Notes under the pieces: generated by a model
The model's database searches: none
Seen by the model: the letters and a program-made list of their open reading frames with translations, nothing else
Told to the model about the DNA's origin: nothing
Part shown: positions 1 through 8,456 of the stretch, in pieces
Layout of the letters: every line of letters starts with the position of its first letter
Numbering within the stretch: position 1 is the stretch's first letter
Made by a program: the position numbers and the translations under genes
Origin: an uncultured Erysipelotrichaceae bacterium
GTDB taxonomy: Bacteria > Bacillota_I > Bacilli_A > RF39 > UBA660
NCBI GenBank assembly: GCA_902780395.1
Contig: CACZFH010000014.1
Location: 5,160-69,159, forward strand
Direction of reading: 5' to 3'
Length of the DNA: 64,000 nt

Positions 1-114
1 AGGTACTTGTGTTTCAATACCTGGGAACAAATATCTGTTGATATGAACTACTCAATACAGCACATACACCGTATGCATAGTTCAGCTTTGAAAGAAATTG
101 TAGTTCCAAGCTAA
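1..114 (+). CDS. C-terminal fragment of a phage late-gene regulator (sigma-70 region-4-like HTH, ArpU/DUF1492-like)
   Basis: Frame 1 is open from the window edge to TAA at 112-114. The tail TWEQISVDMNYSIQHIHRMHSSALKEI resembles a region 4.2 HTH. It sits just upstream of the HNH/terminase genes. Confidence 0.4.
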   Translation, partial: RYLCFNTWEQISVDMNYSIQHIHRMHSSALKEIVVPS

Positions 115-187
115 GATGAGAGTAAATGTGATAGTATGAGACTATTGTCTTGTGATATCATTATAATGGAAGAAATTAAAATGATGA

Positions 188-220
188 AAGCCTTATGGGG
201 AAACCTGTAGGGCTTTTATT
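188..220 (+). terminator. Rho-independent terminator
   Basis: Stem AAGCCTTA/TAGGGCTT (one G-U pair), with further pairing in the loop, followed by TTATT. It covers the ATG at 195, so that start is unlikely. Confidence 0.55.
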
Positions 221-242
221 ATGGAAGAAAGGAAATAGAAAG

Positions 243-617
243 ATGCCAAAGAAACCAAAGCGTCCATGTTCTTACCCAGGATGTCCACGATTAACGGATG
301 GCAGGTTTTGTTTAGAACATGAGAAACAAGAGAACAAAAGGTATGAACAATACGATAGAAGTCCAGAAGTAAAGAAAAGGTACGGACGAGTTTGGAAAAG
401 AATAAGAGATAGTTATGCAAAAGAACACCCTTTGTGTGAGTTGTGTTTAGAGCGTGGGATTTACAAACCAACTGAAGAGGTACACCATAGACTACCACTG
501 GCAGAGGGTGGAACACATGATAGAAAGAATTTAATTTCACTTTGTAAATCGTGCCATGCTACGATTCATGCTGAACGTGGAGACAGATGGAGAGCTAAAC
601 CTAAATATTATAGGTAG
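243..617 (+). CDS. HNH endonuclease (packaging-associated)
   Basis: CELC...HHRLPLAEGGTHDRKNLISLCKSCHATIH is an HNH motif. It lies immediately upstream of TerS. Start moved to ATG 243, downstream of the terminator. Confidence 0.85.
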   Translation: MPKKPKRPCSYPGCPRLTDGRFCLEHEKQENKRYEQYDRSPEVKKRYGRVWKRIRDSYAKEHPLCELCLERGIYKPTEEVHHRLPLAEGGTHDRKNLISLCKSCHATIHAERGDRWRAKPKYYR

Positions 618-718
618 GGGGAGTCAAATCTCTACAAAGTATGGGCGTTGCAACGGGCGTGGGGTCTTATGTGTAAAAAAAGCGAATTCAAAAGGGTATT
701 AAAGGGAGGTGAGATTAA

Positions 719-1273
719 ATGCCAACAAAATCAAACAACATCGGTGGTAGAGGTGGTGCAAGAATTGGTGCTGGAAGGAAAAAATCAGCAATAAAAGAAA
801 AAGCACAAAATGGAAATCCAGGTGGTAGAACTTTAGAAACTTTGGATATTCCAGAAATCGAAGGAGCAGAGATGCCAAAGCCACATGAGTTCTTATCTGA
901 AAAACAACGTGATGGAAATGAACTACAAGCAAAAGAGATATATCAGGAAACTTGGGAGTGGCTAAAAAAAGTAGGCTGTGCTCAAAAAATCTCGCCACAG
1001 CTTTTGGAGAGATATTCAATGTGTAGTGCAAGATGGATACAATGTGAAGAACTAACTAACAAGTTGGGACTTCTATCAAAACATCCAACTACTCAAAAGC
1101 CAATACCATCGCCATTCATAAATATTGGTATCAATTATATGAACCAAGCAGTTAGATTATGGAATGAGATATTCCAAATAGTAAAAGAAAATTGCAGTAC
1201 ATCTTATGAAGATGCTGCACCACAAAATGATTTGATGGAGAGACTATTAAGAGCAAGAGAGGAGAGAAAATAA
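719..1273 (+). CDS. Terminase small subunit, P27 family
   Basis: Pattern GAGRKK...NGNPGGR...PKPHEFLSEKQ...YQETWEWL...LLERYSMCSARWIQCEE is typical of P27-type TerS. RBS GGGAGG is upstream. Confidence 0.75.
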   Translation: MPTKSNNIGGRGGARIGAGRKKSAIKEKAQNGNPGGRTLETLDIPEIEGAEMPKPHEFLSEKQRDGNELQAKEIYQETWEWLKKVGCAQKISPQLLERYSMCSARWIQCEELTNKLGLLSKHPTTQKPIPSPFINIGINYMNQAVRLWNEIFQIVKENCSTSYEDAAPQNDLMERLLRAREERK

Positions 1274-2055
1274 TGATAGAAAAGGTTAATCCAAAGCACC
1301 CAGATAAAATTGCAGATAGAATTGCAGGTGCGATAGTAGATTTAGGATATAAGCTACAAGAGAATCCTAAAATAGCAGTCGAGGTTTTAATAGGACATGG
1401 AGTATGCCATGTGATTGTTGAAACATCAGTAGATTTTAATAAGGAAGATATAGAAAATATCATCACAAGAATAGCAGGAGATATGACAAAAGATATCGTA
1501 TTAGTTCCACAAGATATACACTTATCAAAGAATCAGGAGAAAGAGATTAGATGTGGAGACAATGGAATATTTAAAGGGACACCTTTAACTGACGAGCAAA
1601 AGAAGTTATCTGAAATTGCTCGTTTTATTTATGAAAAATATCCAAGCGATGGTAAGTACATTTTAGATAATGAAAAACTAATTATTTGTCAAAGCAATTG
1701 TAAGACAGAAGAATTAAAAGAATTGTATCAAGATGCAACAATCAACCCACTAGGAGATTGGACAGGAGGCACTGATGTTGATACAGGTGCTACTAATAGA
1801 AAACTTGGTTCTGATATGGCAGATGGTGTAACTGGTGGAGGACTTCATGGTAAGGATCTATCAAAAGCAGATGTGTCAGTAAATATTTATGCTTTCTTGA
1901 AAGCCCAAGAAACTAATGAAGTTGTGAAGATATCATGTGCTATTGGTGATAAAGAAGTAGATGGAAGACCTTATGAAGAAATAGTAAACATTGCTAAAGA
2001 TTACATTGAGTCTATCGGTGGATTTGAAAAATTCGCTGAATGGGGACTTTTTTAG
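1273..2055 (+). CDS. Miniature S-adenosylmethionine synthetase (MetK)-like protein, 260 aa
   Basis: [16 protein letters not shown] matches MetK [25 protein letters not shown] matches GAGDQGLMFGY. INPLG...[14 protein letters not shown] matches [38 protein letters not shown] matches GGGAFSGKDPSKVDRS. It is about 120 aa shorter than canonical MetK. Confidence 0.65.
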   Translation: [260 protein letters not shown]

Positions 2056-2067
2056 GAGGTGGATAAA

Positions 2068-3327
2068 ATGTCTAAAACAACAACAGAAATGCAACTAATA
2101 TCAATTGATAAATTAGTTCCTTATGTGAATAATGCAAGAACACACTCGGCAGAACAAATATTGAAACTTCGTTCTTCACTTAGAGAGTTTGGATTTGTTA
2201 ATCCAATAATAATTGATAGAGAGTTTAATGTAATCGCTGGTCATGGAAGATTGATGGCAGCTAAAGAAGAAGGAATAGAAGAAGTACCATGTGTATTCGT
2301 TGACTACTTAACTGATGCTCAAAAGAAAGCATATATTTTAGCAGATAACCGTATGGCAATGGATGCAGGTTGGGATGACGAATTATTAAAAATAGAAATG
2401 GAAGAGTTACAAAATCTAGGATATGATTTAGAGTTTACAGGTTTTGATGAAAAAGAACTAGCTGACTTATTTGGAGTAGATGACAAAGAAGTAAAAGAAG
2501 ATGAATTTGATTTAACTGCTGCCCTTGAAAAAGCAAGTTTTGTTGAAAGAGGGGATGTGTGGTTTGTAGGAAAGCATAAGTTGATGTGTGGTGATGCAAC
2601 ATCAAGTGAAGATGTAGCAAAACTAATGGAAGATAAAAAAGCAAACTTAATCTTGACCGACCCACCTTACAACGTAGCTTTCAAAAGCTCTGATGGATTA
2701 ACAATCCAAAATGATAGTATGGATAACAATGACTTCTATGAGTTCTTATATTTATCATTTAAAAATATGGCAGACCATTTGGAAAACGGTGGAGCTGCAT
2801 ATGTATTCCATGCTGATACAGAAGGCTTGAATTTTAGAAAAGCTTTTATAGATGCAGGATTTCATTTAGCAGGTTGTTGCATATGGGTAAAAGATAGCTT
2901 AGTACTAGGTCGCTCAGATTATCAATGGCAACATGAACCTGTATTATATGGATTTTTACAAAATGGAAAACATCCATGGTATTCAGATAGAAAACAAACT
3001 ACTATCTGGAACTTTGATAAACCTAAAAAGAACTCAAATCATCCAACTTCTAAACCACTTGATTTATTAGCTTATCCAATAAACAATTCAACTCAAGCTA
3101 ATGCTATTGTTATAGACACATTTGGTGGTAGTGGATCAACACTTATGGCTTGTGAGCAAATGAATAGAATTTGTTACACAATGGAACTTGATGAAAAGTA
3201 TGCATCAGTTATTTTAAGAAGATATGTTGAAGATACTAACGATAGTGAAAATGTGTATGTAATTAGAGATGGTGTAAAGATATTGTATAAAGATTTAGTT
3301 AAAGAGGTAGAAGTTGATAATGGATAA
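2068..3327 (+). CDS. ParB-like N-terminal domain fused to an N6/N4 DNA methyltransferase
   Basis: N-terminus: LVPYVNNARTHS...GFVNPIIID...IAGHGR (ParB/Srx fold). C-terminus: ILTDPPYNV catalytic motif and DTFGGSGST SAM-binding motif. ATG 2068 has better RBS spacing (AGGAGG) than GTG 2059. Confidence 0.85.
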   Translation: MSKTTTEMQLISIDKLVPYVNNARTHSAEQILKLRSSLREFGFVNPIIIDREFNVIAGHGRLMAAKEEGIEEVPCVFVDYLTDAQKKAYILADNRMAMDAGWDDELLKIEMEELQNLGYDLEFTGFDEKELADLFGVDDKEVKEDEFDLTAALEKASFVERGDVWFVGKHKLMCGDATSSEDVAKLMEDKKANLILTDPPYNVAFKSSDGLTIQNDSMDNNDFYEFLYLSFKNMADHLENGGAAYVFHADTEGLNFRKAFIDAGFHLAGCCIWVKDSLVLGRSDYQWQHEPVLYGFLQNGKHPWYSDRKQTTIWNFDKPKKNSNHPTSKPLDLLAYPINNSTQANAIVIDTFGGSGSTLMACEQMNRICYTMELDEKYASVILRRYVEDTNDSENVYVIRDGVKILYKDLVKEVEVDNG

Positions 3328-4693
3328 AGAACTAACACTTGCAAGTTTATTTGACGGAAGTGGTGGTTTTCCATTGGGTGGGATGTTAGCAGGTATTAAA
3401 CCTATATGGAGTTCAGAGATAGAGCCATTTGCAATAAGGGTAACAACTAAAAGATTATCCAAAGTAAAGCATTATGGTGATATCACTAAAATAAAAGGAA
3501 ATGAAGTAGAGCCCGTAGATATAATTACATTTGGAAGTCCATGCCAGGATATGTCGATAGCGGGTAAAAGAGCAGGATTAGACGGAAGTAGGTCTAATCT
3601 TTTTTATGAAGCAATAAGAGTAGTAAAAGAAATGAGGTGTGCAACAAATGGAGAAAAGCCAAGATATATTGTCTGGGAAAATGTCACAGGAGCCTTCTCT
3701 TCAAACAAAGGAGACGACTTCAAAAGTGTCCTTGAAGAAATCTGCAAAGTCAAACATCAAGAATTGTCTATTCCTAAACCTGCAAAGTGGCAACAAGCAG
3801 GAACGATTATGGGAGATGATTTCTCAATCGCATGGCGAGTATTTGATGCTCAGTTTTGGGGAGTTCCCCAGAGAAGAAATCGTATCTACCTTGTCGCAGA
3901 TTTTGGAGGAAACAGTGCCTCAAAAATACTATTTGAGTCAGAGGGCTTGTCAGGGTATTCTAAGGAGAGCTTCAAGTCGTGGCAGGACTCTTCCAGAAAC
4001 ATTGAAGATAGCATTAGAGAATCAGGCAAGTTAGATTTATTTGAAAATCACTCGCAAGATTTAAGATATAAAGGACCATTGAATGTTGCACCAACAGTTC
4101 TTTCAACTTATGGAACTGGTGGCAACAATCAACCATTTATTGTTCATTCAAAAAACTACGATGTAAGATTAACATCTGAAGGTACAAAGAATGCAAGGAA
4201 TAATGTGTATGAAACAGAAACATCTAGAACTCTTGATACTAATGGAAACTTTCCAAATTCAAATCAAGGTGGAGTAGCAATTGTTTATTCGACAAGCAAG
4301 AGTTCATTTCATATTAGAGCAAGTGAAAATCTAGCTAATACATTAATTGCAACTGACTATATGGATCCTCCAATAGTGAATGATAAGTTGAGAGTTAGAA
4401 GACTTACACCAAAAGAATGTGCAAGACTTCAAGGTTTTCCTGATTGGTGGTGTTCTAATCTAGAAACAAAAGAACCAACCGAAGAAGATATTGATTATTG
4501 GAGAGAAGTATTTAATGAAAGTTCTAAAGCAGAAGGAAAAAATAAAAAAGAAAAGACAGATAGCCAAATAATTAAATGGCTACAAAATCCTCATTCTGAT
4601 TCAGCTGAATATAAGTTATGGGGAAATGGTGTAGCACTTCCATGTGTTTACTTTGTTCTATCTGGAATCGAGTATTACGCACACATCACTTGA
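3320..4693 (+). CDS. dcm: DNA (cytosine-5)-methyltransferase
   Basis: C5-MTase motifs LFDGSGGF (I), GSPCQDMSIAG (IV), ENV (VI), QRRNRIYLV (VIII) and GNGVALP (X). The start is ambiguous: TTG 3314 or ATG 3320. Confidence 0.9.
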   Translation: MDKELTLASLFDGSGGFPLGGMLAGIKPIWSSEIEPFAIRVTTKRLSKVKHYGDITKIKGNEVEPVDIITFGSPCQDMSIAGKRAGLDGSRSNLFYEAIRVVKEMRCATNGEKPRYIVWENVTGAFSSNKGDDFKSVLEEICKVKHQELSIPKPAKWQQAGTIMGDDFSIAWRVFDAQFWGVPQRRNRIYLVADFGGNSASKILFESEGLSGYSKESFKSWQDSSRNIEDSIRESGKLDLFENHSQDLRYKGPLNVAPTVLSTYGTGGNNQPFIVHSKNYDVRLTSEGTKNARNNVYETETSRTLDTNGNFPNSNQGGVAIVYSTSKSSFHIRASENLANTLIATDYMDPPIVNDKLRVRRLTPKECARLQGFPDWWCSNLETKEPTEEDIDYWREVFNESSKAEGKNKKEKTDSQIIKWLQNPHSDSAEYKLWGNGVALPCVYFVLSGIEYYAHIT

Positions 4694-4719
4694 TAAATAT
4701 GTGTTTTAGAGTGATATAT
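4687..4719 (+). promoter_or_regulatory. Copy A of the conserved promoter-like element CACTTGA-N14-AGAGTGATATAT
   Basis: Exact motif, ending 22 nt upstream of ATG 4742. Contains a TTGATA -35-like hexamer and a TG-containing AT-rich -10-like end. Confidence 0.6.
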
Positions 4720-4741
4720 GTAATGCAAGGAGGTAAACAAT

Positions 4742-4960
4742 ATGATGTTTCCAAAAAAAGAAATCGTTGAAAGAATACGAAAAGAATATCCAAAAGGAAC
4801 AAGAGTAAGGCTTATAAAGATGGATGATATGCAGGCTCCACCACTTGGAACAGAAGGGACTGTAATTGGTGTAGATGATACTGGATCAATTATGGTTGCT
4901 TGGGACAATGGTAGTTCTTTAAATGTTATTTACAATGTCGACAAATGTATCAAAATATAG
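4742..4960 (+). CDS. DUF4314-like small protein
   Basis: YPKGTRVRLIKMDDMQAPPLGTEGTVIGVDDTGSIMVAWDNGSSLNV is the typical DUF4314 pattern from clostridial phages and conjugative elements. Strong RBS AAGGAGG. Confidence 0.6.
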   Translation: MMFPKKEIVERIRKEYPKGTRVRLIKMDDMQAPPLGTEGTVIGVDDTGSIMVAWDNGSSLNVIYNVDKCIKI

Positions 4961-4989
4961 CAAAAAATATACACTTATTTTGCCTAAAT

Positions 4990-5022
4990 GACTTGATATA
5001 TATGCCTTTTAGAGTGATATAT
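4990..5022 (+). promoter_or_regulatory. Copy B of the conserved promoter-like element (GACTTGA-N14-AGAGTGATATAT)
   Basis: Same architecture and spacing as copy A, 45 nt upstream of ATG 5068. Confidence 0.6.
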
Positions 5023-5067
5023 ATACATAACAAAAAAGGAAATCTTATATAAAGAAAGGTGAGTAAG

Positions 5068-6024
5068 ATGAGTGAGAAAGCATTAAGACAATCCGAAAAG
5101 ATGAAAGAACAGACAATCGGAGTAGAAGTTGAAATGAATAATATAACCAGAGAAAAAGCCGCAAAGATAGCTGCAGAGCTATTTGGAACAGGCAGATACG
5201 AATATACAGATAGTAGAAATGGATATTTAACATGGTCTGCCTGGTCAAGCGACGGGAGAGAATGGAAGTTTCAAAGGGATACAAGTATCCTAGGAGTTGA
5301 AAGTAAAAAGTGCGAATTAGTAACACCAATATTGAAATATGAAGATATTGAACTTTTACAAGAACTAATAAGACTTTTAAGAAAAGCTGGAGCAAAGAGT
5401 GATGCAACAAGGGGATGTGGAGTACACATTCACATTGGAGCAGATGGACATACACCACAAACAATGAGAAACCTAGCAAACATTATGGCAAGTCACGAAT
5501 TGCTAATAGCTGATGCATTGAAACTTGATTCAACAAGAATAAGCAGATATTGTAGAACAGTTAATCCTGAGTTCTTAAGAGTACTTAATAGAAGAAAACC
5601 AAAAACAATGTCAAAGTTTGCAGATATTTGGTATCAAACACAGAATGCGAGTTATTCAAGAAATCAGCATTACAACGATAGCAGATACCATATGCTAAAC
5701 TTCCATGCAACCTTTACTAAAGGAACTATTGAATTTAGATTATTTCAATTTGATCCACCAGCAGAAGGAAAGCAAAATGGACTTCATGCAGGTCAATTAA
5801 AAAGCTACATTCAATTTTGCCTAGCATTAAGTCAAATGGCAAAGGATGTGAAATTTGCATCAGCTAAAAGACAACAAAACGAAAATCCAAAGTATGCAAT
5901 GAGAACATGGTTATTAAGATTAGGATTTATAGGAGATGAGTTTAAAACAGCAAGAGATGTATTAACCAAAAGACTTGAAGGTGATACAGCATTTAGACAA
6001 AAAAGAGTAAGCTCAAGGAGTTAG
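5068..6024 (+). CDS. Amidoligase_2-family (glutamine-synthetase-like) putative amidoligase
   Basis: IGVEVEMN..., WKFQRDTSI...CELVTPIL, RGCGVHIHIG and GTIEFRLFQ match the amidoligase family pattern. ATG 5068 is preferred over GTG 5059. Confidence 0.7.
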   Translation: MSEKALRQSEKMKEQTIGVEVEMNNITREKAAKIAAELFGTGRYEYTDSRNGYLTWSAWSSDGREWKFQRDTSILGVESKKCELVTPILKYEDIELLQELIRLLRKAGAKSDATRGCGVHIHIGADGHTPQTMRNLANIMASHELLIADALKLDSTRISRYCRTVNPEFLRVLNRRKPKTMSKFADIWYQTQNASYSRNQHYNDSRYHMLNFHATFTKGTIEFRLFQFDPPAEGKQNGLHAGQLKSYIQFCLALSQMAKDVKFASAKRQQNENPKYAMRTWLLRLGFIGDEFKTARDVLTKRLEGDTAFRQKRVSSRS

Positions 6025-6105
6025 CCTCCTGGTACTTTAATCGGCAGCGTTTGCTGCCTTAAGGTGGTAGAAGGGTAATCCCTTGAATAGAAAGGAGGAT
6101 ATCTT

Positions 6106-6582
6106 ATGAGGAGAAGATATTATATTGCTTACGGTAGTAACTTAAATGTAGGACAGATGAAATTCAGATGTCCAACTGCAAGGATTATTGGTACAGCAAT
6201 TATTAAGGATTACGAATTATTGTTTAAAGGAAGTAAAACAGGCTCTTATCTAACCATTGAAAAAAAGAAGGGTGAGGAAGTTCCAGTTGTAATATGGGAA
6301 ACTCAAGAAAGTGATGAACAAGCACTTGATAGATATGAAGGATGCCCACAATTCTATTACAAAAAAGAAATGATAATTCCTATTAAAGGGATAAAATCAA
6401 AAAAGACCAGAATTAGAAAAGCTTATGTTTATATAATGCATGAAGATAGAAAATTAGGTATTCCAAGCGTTCATTATTTAAGAACTTGTTATGAAGGCTA
6501 TATGAGATTTAATTTTGATCCATTGTATCTATTAGATGCACTAGATAAAAGTAGGAGGTTAGATCATGAAGAAGGAAATTAA
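6106..6582 (+). CDS. Gamma-glutamylcyclotransferase (GGCT/AIG2-like)
   Basis: YYIAYGSNLNVGQMKFRCPTARIIG...YELLF...LDRYEG is the GGCT/AIG2 signature. RBS AAGGAGG. Confidence 0.7.
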   Translation: MRRRYYIAYGSNLNVGQMKFRCPTARIIGTAIIKDYELLFKGSKTGSYLTIEKKKGEEVPVVIWETQESDEQALDRYEGCPQFYYKKEMIIPIKGIKSKKTRIRKAYVYIMHEDRKLGIPSVHYLRTCYEGYMRFNFDPLYLLDALDKSRRLDHEEGN

Positions 6583-6766
6583 TAGGAAAAGAAAATGTCC
6601 ACAATGTGGAGCAGAATATCAAGGACATCCTGCGATTTCAAGAAAAGATAATAAAACACCAATATGTCCAGACTGTGGAACAAGAGAGGCTCTTGAATCA
6701 ATAGGAATTGATATTAAAGAACAAGAGAAAATTATTAGAACAATACATAGAACTCAAGAAAAATAA
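6566..6766 (+). CDS. Small zinc-ribbon protein
   Basis: CPQCG...x21...CPDCG forms a four-Cys ribbon. It overlaps the GGCT stop by 17 nt, suggesting translational coupling. Confidence 0.55.
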   Translation: MKKEINRKRKCPQCGAEYQGHPAISRKDNKTPICPDCGTREALESIGIDIKEQEKIIRTIHRTQEK

Positions 6767-6790
6767 AACTAAATAAAATATATTTTTTGA

Positions 6791-6818
6791 AAGCACTTCG
6801 ATTATGGAGTGCTTTTTG
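6791..6818 (+). terminator. Rho-independent terminator closing the accessory wedge
   Basis: Stem AAGCACTTC/GGAGTGCTT followed by TTTTT. It contains the ATG at 6809, so that start is rejected. Confidence 0.75.
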
Positions 6819-6838
6819 CGTTGAAGGGAGATGATAAA

Positions 6839-8440
6839 TTGAGAAAGTTGAAGGACTATAAACCAACGAAGTTTATGGCTAAGACAAGTTACTATGATGA
6901 AGAGGCAGCAGATTTTGCTGTTGCCTTTATTGAGAGCCTTTGCCATACAAAAGGTACGTGGGCAGGAAAACACTTTGAATTAATCGACTGGCAAGAACAA
7001 ATCATCAGAGACATCTTTGGAATACTTAAACCAAATGGATATAGGCAATTCAATACAGCTTATGTTGAAATCCCTAAAAAGCAAGGTAAATCAGAACTAG
7101 CTGCGGCGGTAGCTCTTTTATTAACCTGTGGTGATGGAGAAGAAAGGGCTGAAGTGTATGGATGTGCTGCAGATAGAAACCAAGCAAAAATTGTATTTGA
7201 TGTTGCAGTAGATATGGTTAAGTTCTGTCCTGCACTTTCAAGAAGAGTAAAAATATTAGAGTCACAAAAGAAATTAATATATAAACCAACAAATAGTTCA
7301 TACCAAGTGTTATCAGCAGATGTTGCAAACAAGCATGGTTTCAATACTCACGGAGTTATATTTGACGAATTACATACACAACCAAATAGGAAACTATACG
7401 ATGTAATGACTCAAGGTTCTGGAGATGCCAGAATGCAACCATTGTATTTTCTGATAACTACTGCTGGAAATGATACTAATTCAATTTGTTATGAAATACA
7501 TCAAAAAGCTAAAGACATTGAAAAAGGAAATAAGATTGACCCTACATTTTATTCAGTTATTTATGGTGCTGATGAAAGCGAAGATTGGACTGATCCAAAA
7601 GTATGGAGAAAAGCAAATCCATCACTTGGAATAACAGTAGCAGAAGAAAAAGTAAGAGCCGCTTGTGAGTCAGCAAAGCAAAATCCTGGAGAAGAAAATG
7701 CATTCAGGCAGTTGCGATTAAATCAATGGGTTAAACAATCAGTAAGATGGATGCCAATGGATAAATGGGATTTATGTGCTGGAAAAATAAGAGAAGAAGA
7801 ACTAGAAGGTCGTGTGTGTTATGGAGGACTAGACTTGTCATCTACAACAGATATAACGGCTTTTTCTTTAGTATTTCCACCAAGAGATGATGAAGAAGAA
7901 TACATTATTCTACCTTACTTTTGGATACCAGAAGATACTCTTGATTTAAGAGTTAAAAGGGATCATGTTCCTTACGATGTATGGCAAAGGCAAGGATACC
8001 TTCAAACAACAGAAGGAAATGTAGTTCATTATGGATATATTGAAAAGTTTATAGAAGAACTTGGAAAGAAGTTCAATATCAGAGAAATAGCATTTGATAG
8101 ATGGGGAGCAGTTCAAATGGTTCAAAATTTAGAGAACATGGGATTTACTGTTGTTCCATTTGGACAGGGATTTAAAGACATGAGTCCACCAACTAAAGAA
8201 TTGATGAAATTAACTCTTGAAAAGAAATTAGTTCACGGAGGTCATCCAATCTTAAGATGGAATATGGACAATGTCTTTATTAAAACTGACCCTGCTGGAA
8301 ACATCAAAGCAGACAAAGAAAAATCTACTGAAAAGATAGATGGAGTAATAGCAACAATCATGGCACTTGATAGAGCAATAAGATGTGGCAGCACATTAAG
8401 TGAAAGTGTCTATGATAACAGAGGAATTTTATTCTTATAG
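6839..8440 (+). CDS. Terminase large subunit (Terminase_1 type)
   Basis: Size, position and Walker-A-like VEIPKKQGKS, FDELH and nuclease-half motifs. TTG 6839 has RBS GGGAG 8 nt upstream; ATG 6875 is an alternative start. Confidence 0.85.
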   Translation: MRKLKDYKPTKFMAKTSYYDEEAADFAVAFIESLCHTKGTWAGKHFELIDWQEQIIRDIFGILKPNGYRQFNTAYVEIPKKQGKSELAAAVALLLTCGDGEERAEVYGCAADRNQAKIVFDVAVDMVKFCPALSRRVKILESQKKLIYKPTNSSYQVLSADVANKHGFNTHGVIFDELHTQPNRKLYDVMTQGSGDARMQPLYFLITTAGNDTNSICYEIHQKAKDIEKGNKIDPTFYSVIYGADESEDWTDPKVWRKANPSLGITVAEEKVRAACESAKQNPGEENAFRQLRLNQWVKQSVRWMPMDKWDLCAGKIREEELEGRVCYGGLDLSSTTDITAFSLVFPPRDDEEEYIILPYFWIPEDTLDLRVKRDHVPYDVWQRQGYLQTTEGNVVHYGYIEKFIEELGKKFNIREIAFDRWGAVQMVQNLENMGFTVVPFGQGFKDMSPPTKELMKLTLEKKLVHGGHPILRWNMDNVFIKTDPAGNIKADKEKSTEKIDGVIATIMALDRAIRCGSTLSESVYDNRGILFL

Positions 8441-8456
8441 GAGGAGATGATTAAAT

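Noticed and set aside
193-540. Antisense or alternative-frame ORFs in the six-frame track that lie inside longer genes. Examples: 193..540-, 699..1031-, 1152..1466-, 2435..2665-, 3639..4034+, 5045..5479-, 7060..7344-, 9948..10370-, 10820..11215-, 13342..13587+, 16762..16995-, 17889..18152-, 23626..23850+, 25465..25671-, 29645..29959-, 37491..37736-, 45449..45649-, 48361..48588-, 53875..54162-, 62152..62349-.
   Set aside because: Each is fully embedded in a longer ORF with clear family motifs and an RBS. Their translations are low-complexity (Leu/Ile/Phe/Ser-rich), as expected from the reverse or shifted frame of AT-rich coding DNA.
6809-6838. ATG 6809 as the TerL start, ATG 195 as the HNH start, and ATG 38030 as the dnaG start
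   Set aside because: Each lies inside or directly against a terminator hairpin and lacks an RBS. Downstream starts (6839 or 6875, 243, 38108) fit RBS and promoter positions.
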